NCBI GenBank assembly: GCA_934216505.1
Contig: CAKQBW010000003.1
Span: forward strand, 7,084 to 71,083
Direction of reading: 5' to 3'
DNA from: an uncultured Alphaproteobacteria bacterium
GTDB taxonomy: Bacteria; Pseudomonadota; Alphaproteobacteria; CAAHEQ01; UBA3637
DNA: 64,000 nucleotides
Positions 63,433 to 64,000 of the stretch are shown here, in pieces. Under the pieces are notes generated by a model that saw nothing but the letters and a program-made list of their open reading frames with translations, was not told where the DNA came from and ran no database searches. Position numbers and translations under genes: made by a program. Within the stretch, counting starts at the first letter, position 1. Each line of letters starts with the position of its first letter.

Positions 63433-64000
63433 ATGTCTTATTTTAAAATCTTATTATTTTGTGGGTGGGTTGGGCCTGCCTTAGCACAAAACGCCGTCAA
63501 TGATTCTTTTCAAAAGGCCAAAGAAATCGCCCTGAATCAAATTTATTATGATCACCCCACCACTTTTTATTGTGGGGCCACCATCAATCCAGACAAAAGT
63601 TTAATTTTGCCCACTGGTTTTGAGACCTCTCGCTTCAAAAAAAGAGCCCTAAGATTGGAATGGGAACATGTGGTGCCTGCCGAAAACTTTGGGCGTTATT
63701 TTACCGAATGGCGGGACGGACATGTCCGTTGTCGGGACAAATTCGGCCAACCGTATCGGGGGCGCAAATGTGCCGATAAAGTCAATGCCACTTATCGTTA
63801 TATGCAGGCGGATTTGTATAACCTGTATCCGTCTATTGGGGCCGTCAATGCGGGCCGGTCCAACAAACAATTTACACAACTGCCCCCAACAACAGAAAAT
63901 AGTTTTGGCACATGCCCGATGAAAATTGAAAAAAATAAAGTGGAGCCGCCTGATATGACCAAAGGGCCTATCGCCCGCACCTATCTATACATGCAACATG
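63433..64000 (+). CDS. endA: Periplasmic endonuclease I (EndA/Vvn family), 5' partial; runs off the window
   Basis: My own translation: MSYFKILLFCGWVGPALAQ...FQKAKEIALNQIYYDH.TTFYCG......LEWEHVVPAENFG...YMQADLYNLYPSIGAVNAGRSN. There is no stop before position 64000, so it is absent from the ORF track. Confidence 0.8.
   Translation, partial: MSYFKILLFCGWVGPALAQNAVNDSFQKAKEIALNQIYYDHPTTFYCGATINPDKSLILPTGFETSRFKKRALRLEWEHVVPAENFGRYFTEWRDGHVRCRDKFGQPYRGRKCADKVNATYRYMQADLYNLYPSIGAVNAGRSNKQFTQLPPTTENSFGTCPMKIEKNKVEPPDMTKGPIARTYLYMQH

Noticed and set aside
1-64000. CRISPR arrays, rRNA genes, IS transposases, reverse transcriptases (retron/DGR) and known multi-gene defence systems
   Set aside because: I saw no regularly spaced short repeats, and no Cas, transposase or RT-like translations in the ORF track. 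The only nuclease-type candidates are the HNH protein and endonuclease I, both described elsewhere in this report.

Overview
64 kb of a fairly low-GC bacterial chromosome. My guess from gene content (Rickettsia-type 17-kDa-antigen-like lipoprotein, tig-clpP-clpX, class II aldolase-rpe) is an alphaproteobacterial, possibly host-associated, lineage, but I could not test this. All product calls come from reading the supplied translations for motifs; no database search was run.

Layout:
- 1-16.3 kb: housekeeping backbone. It holds dnaA plus an Hsp20 gene, ruvC, yebC, a YmdB-like gene, zapA, recR, ybaB, trxB, greA, tig, clpP, clpX and fabD. Two orphan insertions sit in it: a 599-aa membrane protein and a 234-aa gene between tig and clpP.
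- 16.3-24.3 kb: an AT-rich islet between tRNA-Asp and tRNA-Met. It carries a serine recombinase, a LysR regulator, two orphan proteins and a 1015-aa GT2-GT2-TagF fusion.
- 24.4-33.2 kb: mixed metabolic and orphan genes. These include a trypsin-fold lipoprotein with all three catalytic residues replaced, and a Cys-motif gene pair upstream of a CorA/ZntB channel.
- 33.3-43.9 kb: a compact, intact-looking T7-order virion and lysis module behind an S24 repressor. No integrase, replication genes, tail fibre or large core proteins are present. It has a perfect consensus promoter followed by a leader terminator.
- 43.96-52.6 kb: an R64-type type IVb pilus assembly operon (pilL-N-O-P-Q-R order) that converges on the phage module. 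No pilin, prepilin peptidase or PilV gene is present.
- 52.7-64 kb: rarA; a tRNA-Ser-associated AT-rich islet with an MBOAT/AlgJ-like O-acylation pair, a deleted adenylating-enzyme pseudogene, an 87-bp direct repeat bracketing a single gene, and tRNA debris; then fba-rpe-phoB-HNH, a DUF1796-like gene and a partial endonuclease I gene.

The most interesting candidates are the minimal podovirus-like module, its promoter/terminator switch, and its juxtaposition with the pilin-less T4b pilus operon. No CRISPR array, rRNA or transposase was seen.
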